Shown here: in pieces, positions 9,485-20,382 of the stretch
How the letters are laid out: every line of letters begins with the position of its first letter
How positions within the stretch are numbered: position 1 is the first letter of the stretch
DNA from: Candidatus Peribacteria bacterium
Lineage (GTDB): Bacteria > Patescibacteriota > Gracilibacteria > Peribacterales > Peribacteraceae
DNA: 64,000 bases
Assembly (NCBI GenBank): GCA_041691135.1
Contig: JBEPVF010000002.1
Coordinates: 192,001-256,000, forward strand
Direction: 5' to 3'
Made by a program: the position numbers and the translations under genes
The notes under the pieces: model-generated
Told to the model about the DNA's origin: nothing
What the model saw: the letters and a program-made list of their open reading frames with translations, nothing else
Database searches by the model: none

Positions 9485-10120
9485 ATGTCCACCTACACCG
9501 ACAACCTGCAATGGCGCTACGCCACCAAAAAATTCGATCCGTCCAAAAAACTGACACCGGAACAGCTTGATGAACTGCTGGAGATTGCACGCTTGTCGGC
9601 TTCGTCCTACGGCTTGCAACCCTACAAGTTCCTTGTGATCACGAATCCGGAATTACGCGTAAAGCTGCGTGAGGCGGCATGGGGTCAGAGCCAGGTCACC
9701 GATGCATCGCATTTGATCGTCTTGTGTGCGCGCAAAACCATCGACAGTGCCTATGTCGGCCACTATATCGATCTCATTGCCAAAACCCGCGGTATACCTG
9801 CCGAAAACTTAAAAACATTCCATGACATGATGGCGGCATCGATTGAACATCAGACACCAGCTGATCTGGAAGCGTGGGACAAGAAACAAACGTACATCGC
9901 TCTCGGTTTCCTCTTGTCCGGTGCAGCCCAGATGCAAATCGACGGTTGTCCCATGGAAGGTTTCGACGCAGCGAAATTCGACGAAATTCTGGAACTCGGT
10001 AAGCAGGGACTCACAGCCACCGCCCTCTGCACCCTCGGCTTCCGCGCTGCGGATGACAATGCCGCAAAAGACAAGAAGGTGCGCTTTCCGAAGGAGGAAT
10101 TATTCGAGTTCCGCAGCTAG
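9485..10120 (+). CDS. NAD(P)H-dependent nitroreductase (NfsB-like)
   Basis: WRYATKKFD, SSYGLQPY, CPMEGFD, KVR motifs; divergent from HxlR. Confidence 0.92.
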   Translation: MSTYTDNLQWRYATKKFDPSKKLTPEQLDELLEIARLSASSYGLQPYKFLVITNPELRVKLREAAWGQSQVTDASHLIVLCARKTIDSAYVGHYIDLIAKTRGIPAENLKTFHDMMAASIEHQTPADLEAWDKKQTYIALGFLLSGAAQMQIDGCPMEGFDAAKFDEILELGKQGLTATALCTLGFRAADDNAAKDKKVRFPKEELFEFRS

Positions 10121-10169
10121 AAACCACTGAATCATTCGGGATCATCCGCACGCTCTCGTGCTATACCAA

Positions 10170-10193
10170 AACACCGTTCTTGCGAACGGTGTT
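10170..10193. terminator. Hairpin terminator between convergent genes
   Basis: AACACCGTTC-TTGC-GAACGGTGTT. Confidence 0.65.
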
Positions 10194-10213
10194 CGGTTCC
10201 CCGAAGAAGTTAT

Positions 10214-11821
10214 TTAGGAAGAAGAACTGGTACTCGTCGCACTCGTCGACGATACGCTGCTAGCCGACTCACTGGTAGTTGCCGCCGTGCTACTCGAAGA
10301 GCTTAGACTCGATGTGCTACTCGCGCTCGTCACTTCGCTGCTGGAAGAAGGAAGTTCGGAGGAGAGACTCGAAGCAGGTGTAGAACTGATGGACGTACTA
10401 CTCGTCACAGACGTACTCGACTCACTCACGGCCGCCGACGAAGTCGTCGGTGCCGAACTGAGTGATGACGAAGAAACTGATGCCGGTATCGACGCGACGG
10501 ATGACTCGCTACTGATACCGCCGACGCTGTAACTCACGCCCAGCTGACCGCGCAGGACCGTACACTCAGTCGCGTTGCCTATGCGTTGGTCTTCGCAATT
10601 CGCCTGCCATGCGCCGCTGTAACACACGTCCGTGCCATTGCCACCTTCGTCGCCATTGAGCAAGCCACCGTCGATCGTATCGTTGCCGTCCTCGCCGTTC
10701 AGATAACCGGCAGCATCGCCGCCGCACAGGAGGTCCTCTTCGCTACCGCCCTTCATGGTCACCTGACCGGCCGAAATGATCGTATCGGCACCTTGTCCGC
10801 CTTCGAGAAGGCTTTTGCCGGTACCGCCGACGACCGTGTCGTTATCCTGATCACCCTGGAGATAATCATTTCCGGCCAAGCCGCAAATGATATCGTTTCC
10901 TTCAGCACCGACCATGTGATCATCACCGCTCGTTCCGACCATCACATCCGCTCCACCCGTTCCCTGCAAGAAACCGGTGTACTGCTGACCATTCATCGGT
11001 CCGCCGTGGATGATTCCGTTCGCAACGTAGATTGTGGCCGTCTTTCCCATGCAAAGGGGAACGCCGGTCGACGTCGACAGACTGGATGACGACATGCTAC
11101 TGCCCGAACCGGCGACCGCTCCTGATCCGCCGAAATTGTAGACATGCAGCATCACACTGCGATCCGTATCTGCGGACGTATCGAGCAAGATGACGCCATT
11201 GGCAGCGTACATCGTCTTGAGTGACGCCGCGTCGTTATTGGGAACAAGTCCGGACGGTGTGAATCGCACCGTGCCAAACGATGCACCCGACGGCATCAGC
11301 GTTTCCAGAACCGTCGTCGGTCCGGTGGGAAGCGTGAAGTCGTAGTGTGAAATATCGTAACAGGTACTGCCCGACACCACTCCGTCGCCGTTCACGTCTC
11401 CGGTACCCGCACTTTCACAGATCGACTGCGGCGTAAAAGCTGCCTGGCTCCAGGGATGCACGGTGCCCTGCGCATCAATCATATCAAAAGCAAATGGCAT
11501 CGCCGGCCCCGCAATCGCTCCCGACAACCCTCGCTGATCCGGCGTGTGAATCACCGGACAAGCGGCTTCAGCTTGCAGAAATGCCTGTACCGGATCACTT
11601 GCATGGCTTTCGAGCGCTTGCAGATCGGCCAGCGTCTTTATCGATCCGTTACACAAATGTTTCATGACCATCACACTCGTGCTGCCGGTTCCTGTCGATA
11701 TGATCGTCGAACCGCTGGCGGCGAATGCCGACTGGAATTGCCAAGCAATTGCGGCGCCTGCAAGTAAGAAAGCTGCCAGAAAAAATGAACGGGCCTGTGG
11801 TGGTGCTGTGGAGGCAAACAT
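10214..11821 (-). CDS. Secreted protein with RTX-like Ca-binding repeats and long Ser/Thr tail
   Basis: Signal peptide; GTSGDD, GAEGND, GLAGND, GGQGAD, GEDGND repeats; ~100-aa Ser/Thr C-terminus. Confidence 0.8.
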   Translation of the reverse strand: MFASTAPPQARSFFLAAFLLAGAAIAWQFQSAFAASGSTIISTGTGSTSVMVMKHLCNGSIKTLADLQALESHASDPVQAFLQAEAACPVIHTPDQRGLSGAIAGPAMPFAFDMIDAQGTVHPWSQAAFTPQSICESAGTGDVNGDGVVSGSTCYDISHYDFTLPTGPTTVLETLMPSGASFGTVRFTPSGLVPNNDAASLKTMYAANGVILLDTSADTDRSVMLHVYNFGGSGAVAGSGSSMSSSSLSTSTGVPLCMGKTATIYVANGIIHGGPMNGQQYTGFLQGTGGADVMVGTSGDDHMVGAEGNDIICGLAGNDYLQGDQDNDTVVGGTGKSLLEGGQGADTIISAGQVTMKGGSEEDLLCGGDAAGYLNGEDGNDTIDGGLLNGDEGGNGTDVCYSGAWQANCEDQRIGNATECTVLRGQLGVSYSVGGISSESSVASIPASVSSSSLSSAPTTSSAAVSESSTSVTSSTSISSTPASSLSSELPSSSSEVTSASSTSSLSSSSSTAATTSESASSVSSTSATSTSSSS

Positions 11822-12046
11822 ATAAAAAAAAGGAAAGAAGTAATAGACATGTATCTGACGGCGCACCTGGTCTGCCTGCTACGAAAAAACCGATTTTTTC
11901 GTCTTCGGACATCAATACGGCTCAGGAACTTTATGCGACTGCCTGCGCTAAAAGTAGAATGTTCTACACAAGATGCGAAAGAGATCCGATCTATGCGCGT
12001 CACACAGAGTGTTCGTAAATTTTTTATTATTTTTTCCCATTTGTGT

Positions 12047-12355
12047 ATGAAGCGCAAACTCATAGCCGCATCGGCCGTCATCGCGGGCAGTGCATTCGTC
12101 TTACCGGCACTTGCCCAGGTAAGTAGTTCAAGTACGACCGATATGACGGACGTCAGTTCGTCATCAGTTTATTCGGTGACGGATACCACGACCAGCACCG
12201 GAGTGGACAGTTCAACCAGTACAACTGTTACCGATCCCAACAGCGGCGCCAGCGTCGACGCAGGCGATACGAGTTCAATCAATTCAAACGGAACAGCCAT
12301 TCCAGCGAGCCTGCCGAACACCGGTGCAGGCACGATGGCAGAGGTTGTGAAGTAA
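12047..12355 (+). CDS. Small secreted Ser/Thr-rich protein ending in LPNTG (probable sortase substrate)
   Basis: MKRKLIAASAVIAGSAFVLPALA signal; ...SLPNTGAGTMAEVVK; 13 nt upstream of a sortase. Confidence 0.75.
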   Translation: MKRKLIAASAVIAGSAFVLPALAQVSSSSTTDMTDVSSSSVYSVTDTTTSTGVDSSTSTTVTDPNSGASVDAGDTSSINSNGTAIPASLPNTGAGTMAEVVK

Positions 12356-12368
12356 ATCCCTTAAACCT

Positions 12369-12989
12369 ATGCGCAATATTTCCCGCGCACTCCTCATAGC
12401 CAGCACGCTCGCCATCCTTACCGTGGCGGGCATGCTGGGCATGGCGCGCTCGTCGGCATGGAGCGGAACATTACCGGTGAACACCTCATCGGCTTCAACG
12501 ATCTTTCCGCTTTCTTCTTCAATCGATGAGAGACAGAAAGTCGGCACGCCGGTGCGCCTCGTCATTCCCACCATTCGAGTGGATGCAGCAATTGAACCGA
12601 TCGGCCTTTTGCCATCGGGAGAGATGGACGTACCGAAAGAATGGAATGACACGGGCTGGTACGATCTGGGTCCCCGTCCGGGTGACATCGGTAATGCGGT
12701 GATCGACGGACACTTCGACAGTCCCACTGGCAAAGCTGTTTTTTACGAATTGAAAAAATTGAAGCCCGGCGATGTGCTACAAGTTGTCGACGACGCGAAC
12801 CTGGTTCGCACTTTTGTCGTACGGCGCACGGCATCCTATGTGTCCTCTAACGCGCCGCTTCAAGAACTATTTGGCCACAGCGATGGCACGCACCTCAATC
12901 TCATTACCTGCGGCGGCGCTTGGCTGAAGGATCAGCATCGATACGAGGATCGTTTGGCCGTGTATGCCGATTTACAGACAGACAATTGA
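12369..12989 (+). CDS. Class F sortase
   Basis: N-terminal TM; PVRLVIP.I.VDA, GWY..GPRPG..GNAVIDGH, LNLITC, downstream Arg (catalytic His/Cys/Arg). Confidence 0.93.
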   Translation: MRNISRALLIASTLAILTVAGMLGMARSSAWSGTLPVNTSSASTIFPLSSSIDERQKVGTPVRLVIPTIRVDAAIEPIGLLPSGEMDVPKEWNDTGWYDLGPRPGDIGNAVIDGHFDSPTGKAVFYELKKLKPGDVLQVVDDANLVRTFVVRRTASYVSSNAPLQELFGHSDGTHLNLITCGGAWLKDQHRYEDRLAVYADLQTDN

Positions 12990-13031
12990 GAAAATCAGAG
13001 GTGCTGACTTCAATCTGGTATACTCATTGAC

Positions 13032-13931
13032 GTGACCGACTCCGCACCGCCTTCCTATACACCTTTGGCCACCAAGGAAGAGAAATCTCTCGCCTTACTC
13101 GAGATGGGAGGCAAAGTGGTACTGAATATAGGAGTCGGAAAAGAAGCGACCATCGCAATCGTTCGCGGCCGGAGCGGCGCGTTCTTCGTGTTGGAGTACG
13201 ACGATGGCACAGGCACTGCGCTGCACGAACATCCGCTCGTCGAATTGACACAGAAAGTGGTTGGCAAAATCGAAACCATACATCCGGTTGCACCCGCCGC
13301 TACGCCTGCGACATCTGCCAAAGCACCCTCCGTACCCGAAGGTCCGCCATCAACCGCCGATATTCTTACCGCCCTCACCCGACTGAACATGCCGCGCGAA
13401 GTGCGCATCGATTGGCAAGACGGCAAACCCGCGTTCTGGGCGCGCACCATCGGACGCACCGGCGCGAATCTCGTCATCGCTTTCGATGATCATGGCACCA
13501 CGCGCACGGCCGAGTATCCGCTCAAAGACTTACGCGCCCACGTGACTGCCATTCGTAGCATTCCGATCGACTCAGCCATCATCGTACCGAAGCATGCTGT
13601 GGCAGCCGAATCGTCGACCGCTTCCAATCAGGCCACACCCGTACCACACCCGACAACGGTACACGATTCCCTAGCCCAGGCGCGCGCTACCGGGATCGTC
13701 TCGCTGCAGGCCGATGGCTTAACGCTACACTTCACTCCGGACGGCATCACGCTTACCGGCGACGCCGGTTCGACCTGGGAATATCACATCACCAATGACG
13801 GCGACGAACGCATGGTCGGTATGCGTCCACGGACCATCACACTCGAACGCGTGCGGGATCTACTGGCACATATCGCCCAGGGACGCACACAGGTGGAAGG
13901 CCAAAAAACATGGCACGCCGAGTGGAAGTAA
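13032..13931 (+). CDS. Hypothetical protein with internally duplicated small domain
   Basis: 299-aa ORF; TATACT 7 nt upstream of GTG. Confidence 0.7.
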   Translation: MTDSAPPSYTPLATKEEKSLALLEMGGKVVLNIGVGKEATIAIVRGRSGAFFVLEYDDGTGTALHEHPLVELTQKVVGKIETIHPVAPAATPATSAKAPSVPEGPPSTADILTALTRLNMPREVRIDWQDGKPAFWARTIGRTGANLVIAFDDHGTTRTAEYPLKDLRAHVTAIRSIPIDSAIIVPKHAVAAESSTASNQATPVPHPTTVHDSLAQARATGIVSLQADGLTLHFTPDGITLTGDAGSTWEYHITNDGDERMVGMRPRTITLERVRDLLAHIAQGRTQVEGQKTWHAEWK

Positions 13932-13999
13932 AAAAAATCGAATAAATACGTAAGCCTCGGGAGAGTCGCGCGTCTTTGCACATGAATTTCCTTTTCTGT

Positions 14000-14862
14000 A
14001 TGCGCAATTCCTCTTCTTCACTGGCCCGCTTTTTTTTGTTCTGTCGCTCGTCGTATTGACGGTACAGGCAACGAGCGCGAAGCAAGCATCACGTCAAATA
14101 TCATCGACCGTTTCTCTCCCGGCTGTTGCGACGGCCGCGCCGGTTACCTCGTTTCCTTACGAGGAACAACAGCGCATCAACACAGTGGCACAGGCCAATG
14201 CGGCGGTGGTGAGCGTCATTATTTCCAAAGACTTGCCGGTCATCGAGCGGTACTATCAGACGATAGACATGGGCAACGGCATACGCGTCCGGGTGCCGCG
14301 CACCCGTCAGCAGGGCAGCCAGGAGCAAGTGGTCGGCGGAGGCACCGCTTTCTTTGTCTCAAACGATGGATTGCTGATGACGAACAAACATGTGGTATCG
14401 GATCCCGGTGCTTCGTATACGGTTCTGTTGAATGACGGACAGAAAGTGAAAGCGACGGTTCTGCAAGTGGACAATCAAAATGATATCGCGTTGCTGAAAA
14501 TTGACCGCACCAATACGCCACCGCTCACGTTGGCCGGCGACAACGATATCCATTTGGGACAGACGGCCATTGCCATCGGCAACTCTCTCGGCGAATACCG
14601 GAACACGGTGAGTGTCGGCGTGGTCTCGGGACTCGGCCGCTCCATCACAGCCGAAACAGGCCTCGGCAACGGCACCGAAACACTCAGCGAGATCATTCAG
14701 ACCGACGCGGCCATCAATCAGGGTAATTCGGGCGGACCGCTGCTGGACATACTGGGCAATGTGATCGGTATGAACACCGCCGTCGCAGCATCAGGACAAA
14801 ATATCGGCTTTGCTATTCCGGCAAGCGAACTCCGGCGAGTGCTGACTGCGTACGGGAGATAA
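14000..14862 (+). CDS. HtrA/DegP-like trypsin serine protease without PDZ; 5' end frameshifted at T8
   Basis: TNKHVV, DIALL, IQTDAAINQGNSGGPL. ATG 14000 is out of frame by 1 nt at T8 (14030-14037); in-frame ORF runs from TTG 14056. Confidence 0.88.
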
Positions 14863-14958
14863 CAAACCCACCGAAAGTACCTCATCACCCGCCTTGGCAT
14901 TGGTATTTGGATTTTGACGGGCATTTCATCCTTTTTCTTCTCCCGAAATCTTGCTAGA

Positions 14959-15354
14959 ATGCTCTTTGTGAATCGCTCGTACGCCATCATTGTCATCGTC
15001 GTCGCGCTCCTTCTTATTGGCGGGGGCATCACGATGTCGCATTTGCAGGGTTCGGTGATGACACCGGTCCCATCCCCTACCGTCGACGCAACCACGTGTC
15101 CGTCCGAAATTACCGCCGCCGATACCGGCCGCACGATCACCTGCCATGTAGGGAACCGTTTCACGATCCACCTGAATCAGGGAAGCCAACCGATCGAGCA
15201 TTTATCGTGTGAACCGAAGGGCAATCTCGGCATCATCGCCAGCCAGTCACCCACCGATTCCGACGAGTACACCGTGCAGTTCGAAGGCGTGCGCCCCGGC
15301 ACGTGCACCATGCACAACGACAGCTTCGACGCGACGATTGCTATCGTTTCGTAG
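14959..15354 (+). CDS. Membrane-anchored small Ig-like protein (chagasin/I42-like N-terminal motif)
   Basis: TM helix; ITAADTGRTITCHVGNRFTIHL and F.GVRPGT patterns. Start may be GTG 14968. Confidence 0.55.
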   Translation: MLFVNRSYAIIVIVVALLLIGGGITMSHLQGSVMTPVPSPTVDATTCPSEITAADTGRTITCHVGNRFTIHLNQGSQPIEHLSCEPKGNLGIIASQSPTDSDEYTVQFEGVRPGTCTMHNDSFDATIAIVS

Positions 15355-15404
15355 GAATGAAAAATTGATATCTGCGTGAGAAGCGGGAAATTTTTTATGT
15401 ATCC

Positions 15405-16157
15405 TCACGATGCTTTACTCATATGGGGCAGCCGTATCTTCTCCAGCACTACAAGGGGCTTATGCCCAGGATCATCGATATAAGGTAGCTTTGCGTCCAT
15501 GTAAATGAACTCATCGTGTGATGCTGGATCAATCTGTCTTTCTCCCACCTGAAGTTCAATCTTTCCAATCGCCATCTGTATCGCCGCTGTTCTGCCCGCA
15601 GGGGTTGCCCAAAAATCTTTCAGCGAACCTGAAGGAATATTCACTCCCGTCTTGGCAGCGATCTCAGATACACGATCATCATTACGCGTGATGTACCACT
15701 GCAAGCCCCGCACATCCTTGGGGTTATCATGTATCAGTCTTTGCCTGAAGTCCCACATGGCCGCCTCTGCCTGACGCGGCGATATTTTTTTATTCAGTAA
15801 ATTGCGATACGCTTCGCGGAATGGCGAATGAAAAAACCGCATCACCATTTCATCTTCCTGTTCACGAGTGAATGGAGAACGGTCCGGTATCGGTAAACCG
15901 AGTTCTTGGTGCAGGGGACAATGCAAAGCGACAATTGTTTGCCACGCATTCTGATGCCCTCCCACTTTCAGTCCAGAAAGAAGTTCATGAATTTCTGCAG
16001 CTGTCCGATTCGAAAGATGTATAAACTCCTCATTCGCCGCAACCAAACCCTGACGATGATCCAGATCACTCAGAACAGCTGAGTAATCTTCGATAACAGC
16101 GCCGGATTCAACGACTGTTGTGCTCACCGTAAAGAAAAAGTCGGAGGGAACTGACAC
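15405..16157 (-). CDS. Hypothetical protein (possible degenerate HAD-like fold)
   Basis: 250-aa ORF; YSAVLSDLD near the N-terminus, YITRN, IYMD. Start may be GTG 16127. Confidence 0.55.
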   Translation of the reverse strand: MSVPSDFFFTVSTTVVESGAVIEDYSAVLSDLDHRQGLVAANEEFIHLSNRTAAEIHELLSGLKVGGHQNAWQTIVALHCPLHQELGLPIPDRSPFTREQEDEMVMRFFHSPFREAYRNLLNKKISPRQAEAAMWDFRQRLIHDNPKDVRGLQWYITRNDDRVSEIAAKTGVNIPSGSLKDFWATPAGRTAAIQMAIGKIELQVGERQIDPASHDEFIYMDAKLPYIDDPGHKPLVVLEKIRLPHMSKAS

Positions 16158-16294
16158 CGATTGTACGCTTGGCGTTCAATGCGCCAACAAATTCGTGCGT
16201 TATAGCCCATTCTGGCTTCATTTGAGCCAAAAAGACGCTCTGGCGAACGGCGGCGGAACGAGTATTCTGCTCCCCATTGCTCCGCGCATTGTTC

Positions 16295-17293
16295 ATGAAT
16301 CGACTCGTCGCCTTTTCCGTCGCCACAAGTCTGCTGCTTATCGCAAGCATCGCTATGACAAGCCTGGCAATGCTGGTCGGACCCAATATCGCTTTTCAGC
16401 ATTTGAAGGAAGCGATGGCACAGGAGACGCCCCAGGCGACGATGATCGCAGTGGGCGATGTGATGCTATCGCGCATGGTGCAACGCGGCATACGGTCGAA
16501 TGCCGATCCGCTCTATCCTTTTTCGCGCATCAAGGAATATCTGTCGTCGGCGGATTTCGTGTTCGGCAATTTGGAGACCACCATCTTTCCCGGCGATCTG
16601 ACGCCAACGACGACGATGCAGTTTCGCAGCGACCCGGGCGTGGAGAAGCGCCTGTACGACGTGGGATTCCGCGCGCTCTCGATCGCCAATAATCACATGC
16701 ACGATTACAAAAAGCAGGGCATCCGTTCGACAGTGATGGCGCTCGAAGCCGCCGATATTCGAGCGGCGGGTGCGGGTGATACCGAAGAACATGCCTACGC
16801 TCCGCAGTACATGACGACTAACGGCATCACCTTCGCCTTCCTGGCCTATGCCGATCCGAAGATTATTGCCCCCGCCTCCCGCGCCCGGGGGGATGATGCG
16901 GGTATCGCCATCATGGATGTGGCGAAAATGCAGGCAGCGGTGAAGGCTGCCAACGAAAAGGCCGACATCGTGATCGTCTCGATGCACAGCGGTATTGAGT
17001 ACACCAGTGTCCCGACCGACAGCCAGAAAACATTCGCCCATGCGGCCATCGATGCCGGCGCCGACATGGTGGTGGGCGCGCATCCGCACACCGTGCAACC
17101 GGTCGAAATCTACCACAACAAATATGTCTTCTACAGCCTCGGCAACTTCGTATTCGATCAGATGTGGTCGAACGGCACCAGACAGGGGCTGACGGCAAAA
17201 ATAACGTTCACGCCAGACGGTGTGAAGAACGTGGAACAGATTCCGGTATCGATCGATACGTCGTATCAGCCGTTCATACCAAATCAGCAATAA
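16295..17293 (+). CDS. CapA-family metallophosphoesterase (PGA_cap)
   Basis: AVGDVML.R, GNLE, IANNH..DY, SMHSG.EY, GAHPH.VQ, YSLGNFVFDQ. Confidence 0.92.
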   Translation: MNRLVAFSVATSLLLIASIAMTSLAMLVGPNIAFQHLKEAMAQETPQATMIAVGDVMLSRMVQRGIRSNADPLYPFSRIKEYLSSADFVFGNLETTIFPGDLTPTTTMQFRSDPGVEKRLYDVGFRALSIANNHMHDYKKQGIRSTVMALEAADIRAAGAGDTEEHAYAPQYMTTNGITFAFLAYADPKIIAPASRARGDDAGIAIMDVAKMQAAVKAANEKADIVIVSMHSGIEYTSVPTDSQKTFAHAAIDAGADMVVGAHPHTVQPVEIYHNKYVFYSLGNFVFDQMWSNGTRQGLTAKITFTPDGVKNVEQIPVSIDTSYQPFIPNQQ

Positions 17294-17327
17294 TCATTCT
17301 ATGTATGCCCAATGAATAGCGGAGCGT

Positions 17328-19127
17328 CTATTTCTTCTCCGACCGCTTACGTTCGTTCTCGTTCAGGACCTTCTTACGCAGACGGATGCTGCTCGGCGTG
17401 ATCTCCACCAGTTCATCATCGTCGATATACTCCAATGCCTGCTCCAGCGTCATCGGCTTGATCGGCGTGAGAGTGAGCGCTTCGTCGGTACCGGAGGCGC
17501 GCACGTTCGTGAGCTTCTTGTTCTTGGCGGCGTTGACAACCAGATCGCCCGGTTTGGCGCTCTCGCCGATGATCATCCCTTCGTACATTTTGGTCTGCGG
17601 CAGGATGAACAAACGACCGCGCTCTTCCAGTTTCCAGAGCGAATAGGCCATTGCATCGTCGGTTGCCATCGAGATCATGGATCCGCGCGTGCGACCTGGA
17701 ATATCGCCGCGATACGGCTCGTAGGCCAGGAACGAGTGGCTGAGGATTCCTTCGCCACGTGTTTCGATAATGAAGTCGCCGCGGAAGCCGAGCAGTCCGC
17801 GCGTCGGTACTTTGAATTCCAAACGTGAATGACCGTTCTCGGTGCGCATGTCGACCATTTCGCCTTTGCGCTGCGATAACATGTTGATCACGGTGCCGGA
17901 CGATACTTCGGGTACATCGATGATCGCCTGCTCCACCGGTTCCACCTTTACGCCATTCTCTTCGCGCATGATCACTTCCGGACGCGACACCTGGATCTCG
18001 AACCCTTCGCGACGCATCGTCTCGAGCAATACCGACAAGTGCAATTCGCCGCGACCCGATACTTTGTAGGCTTCGGTGTTGGGAATTTCTTCGACCTGCA
18101 ATCCCACGTTCGTCTCCAGTTCCTTCTGCAGACGCGCCTTGATATGTCGTGTGGTCACGAGCTTGCCTTCGCGACCGGCGAACGGCGAATCGTTGACCAT
18201 GAAGGTCATCGACACCGTTGGCGGATCGATACGAATGGCTGGCAACGGCTCGGCGGCTGCATCGGTCGTGATCGTTTCGCCCACATAGATGTCGGGAATA
18301 CCGGCGATCGTGTAGATATCGCCCGCCTTCGCCTCCGGTACTTCGATTTTCTTGAGGCCTTCGTTGGTCAGGATTTTGCTGATCTTGCCGGTACGCGCGG
18401 TTCCATCGGGCTTTTTGACTGTCACCTGTTGACCGACCTTCACCGTTCCCTCATACACGCGACCGACAGCCAAGCGGCCCAAATAGTTGTCGTATGCCAG
18501 CGCCGACGGCTGCATGCGGAACACCGCATCGGTGTTCTGCGACGCCTCGGCCACATGCGCCATGATCATCTCGAACAGCGGTGTCAGATCTTTGGAATCT
18601 TCGTCGAGCGTCTTTTTGGCAATGCCCTCGCGCGCGATGGCGAAAATGTACGGAAAATCGGCCTGCGCATCATTGGCACCCAGTGCGACGAACAGATCGA
18701 ATACCATGTCCACGACTTGCAGCGGACGCGCGGCGGGCTTGTCGATCTTGTTGATGACGACGATCGGACGTAATCCCAGCTCCAGCGACTTCTTCAACAC
18801 GAACTTTGTCTGCGGCATCGGACCTTCCTGAGCATCGACGAGGAGAAGCACGCAATCGACAGTGCGGAGCACGCGTTCCACTTCGGATCCGAAGTCGGCG
18901 TGTCCCGGCGTGTCGACGATATTGATCTTGCAGTCTTTGTAATGGATCGATGTGTTCTTGGCGTAGATGGTAATGCCGCGCTCGCGCTCCTGATCATTGC
19001 TGTCCATGATCAACTCCCCCACTTGTTCGTGCGCCTCAAATGCTCCGCCCTGTTTGAGCAGCGCATCGACGAGCGTCGTTTTACCGTGGTCAACGTGGGC
19101 AATGATGGCGATATTCCGGATAGTCAT
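17328..19127 (-). CDS. typA: Translational GTPase TypA/BipA
   Basis: [54 protein letters not shown]. Confidence 0.97.
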   Translation of the reverse strand: MTIRNIAIIAHVDHGKTTLVDALLKQGGAFEAHEQVGELIMDSNDQERERGITIYAKNTSIHYKDCKINIVDTPGHADFGSEVERVLRTVDCVLLLVDAQEGPMPQTKFVLKKSLELGLRPIVVINKIDKPAARPLQVVDMVFDLFVALGANDAQADFPYIFAIAREGIAKKTLDEDSKDLTPLFEMIMAHVAEASQNTDAVFRMQPSALAYDNYLGRLAVGRVYEGTVKVGQQVTVKKPDGTARTGKISKILTNEGLKKIEVPEAKAGDIYTIAGIPDIYVGETITTDAAAEPLPAIRIDPPTVSMTFMVNDSPFAGREGKLVTTRHIKARLQKELETNVGLQVEEIPNTEAYKVSGRGELHLSVLLETMRREGFEIQVSRPEVIMREENGVKVEPVEQAIIDVPEVSSGTVINMLSQRKGEMVDMRTENGHSRLEFKVPTRGLLGFRGDFIIETRGEGILSHSFLAYEPYRGDIPGRTRGSMISMATDDAMAYSLWKLEERGRLFILPQTKMYEGMIIGESAKPGDLVVNAAKNKKLTNVRASGTDEALTLTPIKPMTLEQALEYIDDDELVEITPSSIRLRKKVLNENERKRSEKK

Positions 19128-19232
19128 AAAACAGGCGAATGCACCCGAAAAGCACGCTCGGGCAGGAAGTAGGGGTAGTATCGGGATTTTTTGGCTAAGT
19201 GCAAGGAAAAGTGGATCAAATCAGCACTTTTG

Positions 19233-19820
19233 TTAAAAGTGGCGGAAGGTCAGGGACTCGCGTTGTTTCCGCTTGTATCTGCGTCCACCAAAATCATCCA
19301 TACGCACTGAAGGAATACCATGTTCCCATTGATAACGTGCCGGCCCCTGCAGCACATAGAGGTCACCGGGATTCAGTAACATGCGCACGTATTCCTGAGT
19401 GCTCTGTCGTATCAGTTCCATCACACACGATGAACCGAGTGACAGGCCGGCAATAGAGTTACCGAAAATCGGTTTATCCCTGTGATGATGAATGCCTTGT
19501 CCTGCAGAATAGCGCGCAATATATACAGAATTAAATGACCCGACATACAGAGGCTCATCATCGAAAGGCAAACCAAAAATGCCCAGGTCATAAATTTGGT
19601 TTGCAATGTCCTTCAGTACATTTGGCAGCTTCGCCGTTCCGAAACTCATGATTCCATATTTATCTGGCTGAAAGCGAATGTGCGTGTTCACCCAACGTTG
19701 CAAAATATTCTGCTGTCGATGGGACATGAAACCCGGGAACAAACTCAATCCTTCCGGAACATTTCCCTCCAATTGTTTTGCTGCAAGCGATCTGTCCGCG
19801 ACACCTTTAAAGTTCATCAT
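19233..19820 (-). CDS. AlkB-family 2OG-Fe(II) dioxygenase
   Basis: Y..GQGIHHHRD, IAGLSLGS, L.GPARYQWEHGI, RESLTFR. Confidence 0.85.
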   Translation of the reverse strand: MMNFKGVADRSLAAKQLEGNVPEGLSLFPGFMSHRQQNILQRWVNTHIRFQPDKYGIMSFGTAKLPNVLKDIANQIYDLGIFGLPFDDEPLYVGSFNSVYIARYSAGQGIHHHRDKPIFGNSIAGLSLGSSCVMELIRQSTQEYVRMLLNPGDLYVLQGPARYQWEHGIPSVRMDDFGGRRYKRKQRESLTFRHF

Positions 19821-19839
19821 AACCTACAAGAAATCAGTA

Positions 19840-20310
19840 TCAACGCTTCATATGTCTTTCGTGTTCCAACAACCATTCCTTGCGCATATCACCGCCGGCG
19901 TAATTACCCACACCACCGCTCGACGGCACCACGCGATGACACGGAATGATGATGACGATGCGGTTTTTGCCGCATGCCGTGCCCACCGCTCTTACGGCTG
20001 CCGGACGCTTGACGCGCTTGGCGATCTGTTGATACGCACGTGTTTCGCCAAACGGAATGGCTGCGATCTCGTCCCACACGCTCAACATAAAATCCGATCC
20101 TTCCAGGATAAGCGGCAGTGAATCGAATGCCGTGCGTCGACCCACCAAGTATTCTTCCACCTGATGCTGACAATCTTTCATGATCGGATGCGGCACATCG
20201 CTTGCACCTTCGTCATCTACGAAACGCACCTCAAGAATACCGCGCGGGGTGCCGCGGATCTCTATATATCCGAGTGGTGAATCGAAGAAGAGGGAACGAC
20301 TGTCAGTCAT
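19840..20310 (-). CDS. ogt: Methylated-DNA-protein-cysteine methyltransferase
   Basis: SPLG, IPFGET.AY, RAVGTACGKN, IPCHRVV, K.WLL.HE. Confidence 0.93.
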   Translation of the reverse strand: MTDSRSLFFDSPLGYIEIRGTPRGILEVRFVDDEGASDVPHPIMKDCQHQVEEYLVGRRTAFDSLPLILEGSDFMLSVWDEIAAIPFGETRAYQQIAKRVKRPAAVRAVGTACGKNRIVIIIPCHRVVPSSGGVGNYAGGDMRKEWLLEHERHMKR

Positions 20311-20382
20311 GGGGGGAGAAGAGAGCGAGTACGCAGCTATGGTACAGACTGACAACGATACTGACCCGCAAAATCTCGGAAA

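Noticed and set aside
10560-10980. RTX toxin / type I secretion substrate
   Set aside because: The protein has an N-terminal Sec-type signal, no toxin domain, and no T1SS genes are nearby.
19233-20310. alkB-ogt pair as a novel system
   Set aside because: Ordinary clustering of alkylation-repair genes.
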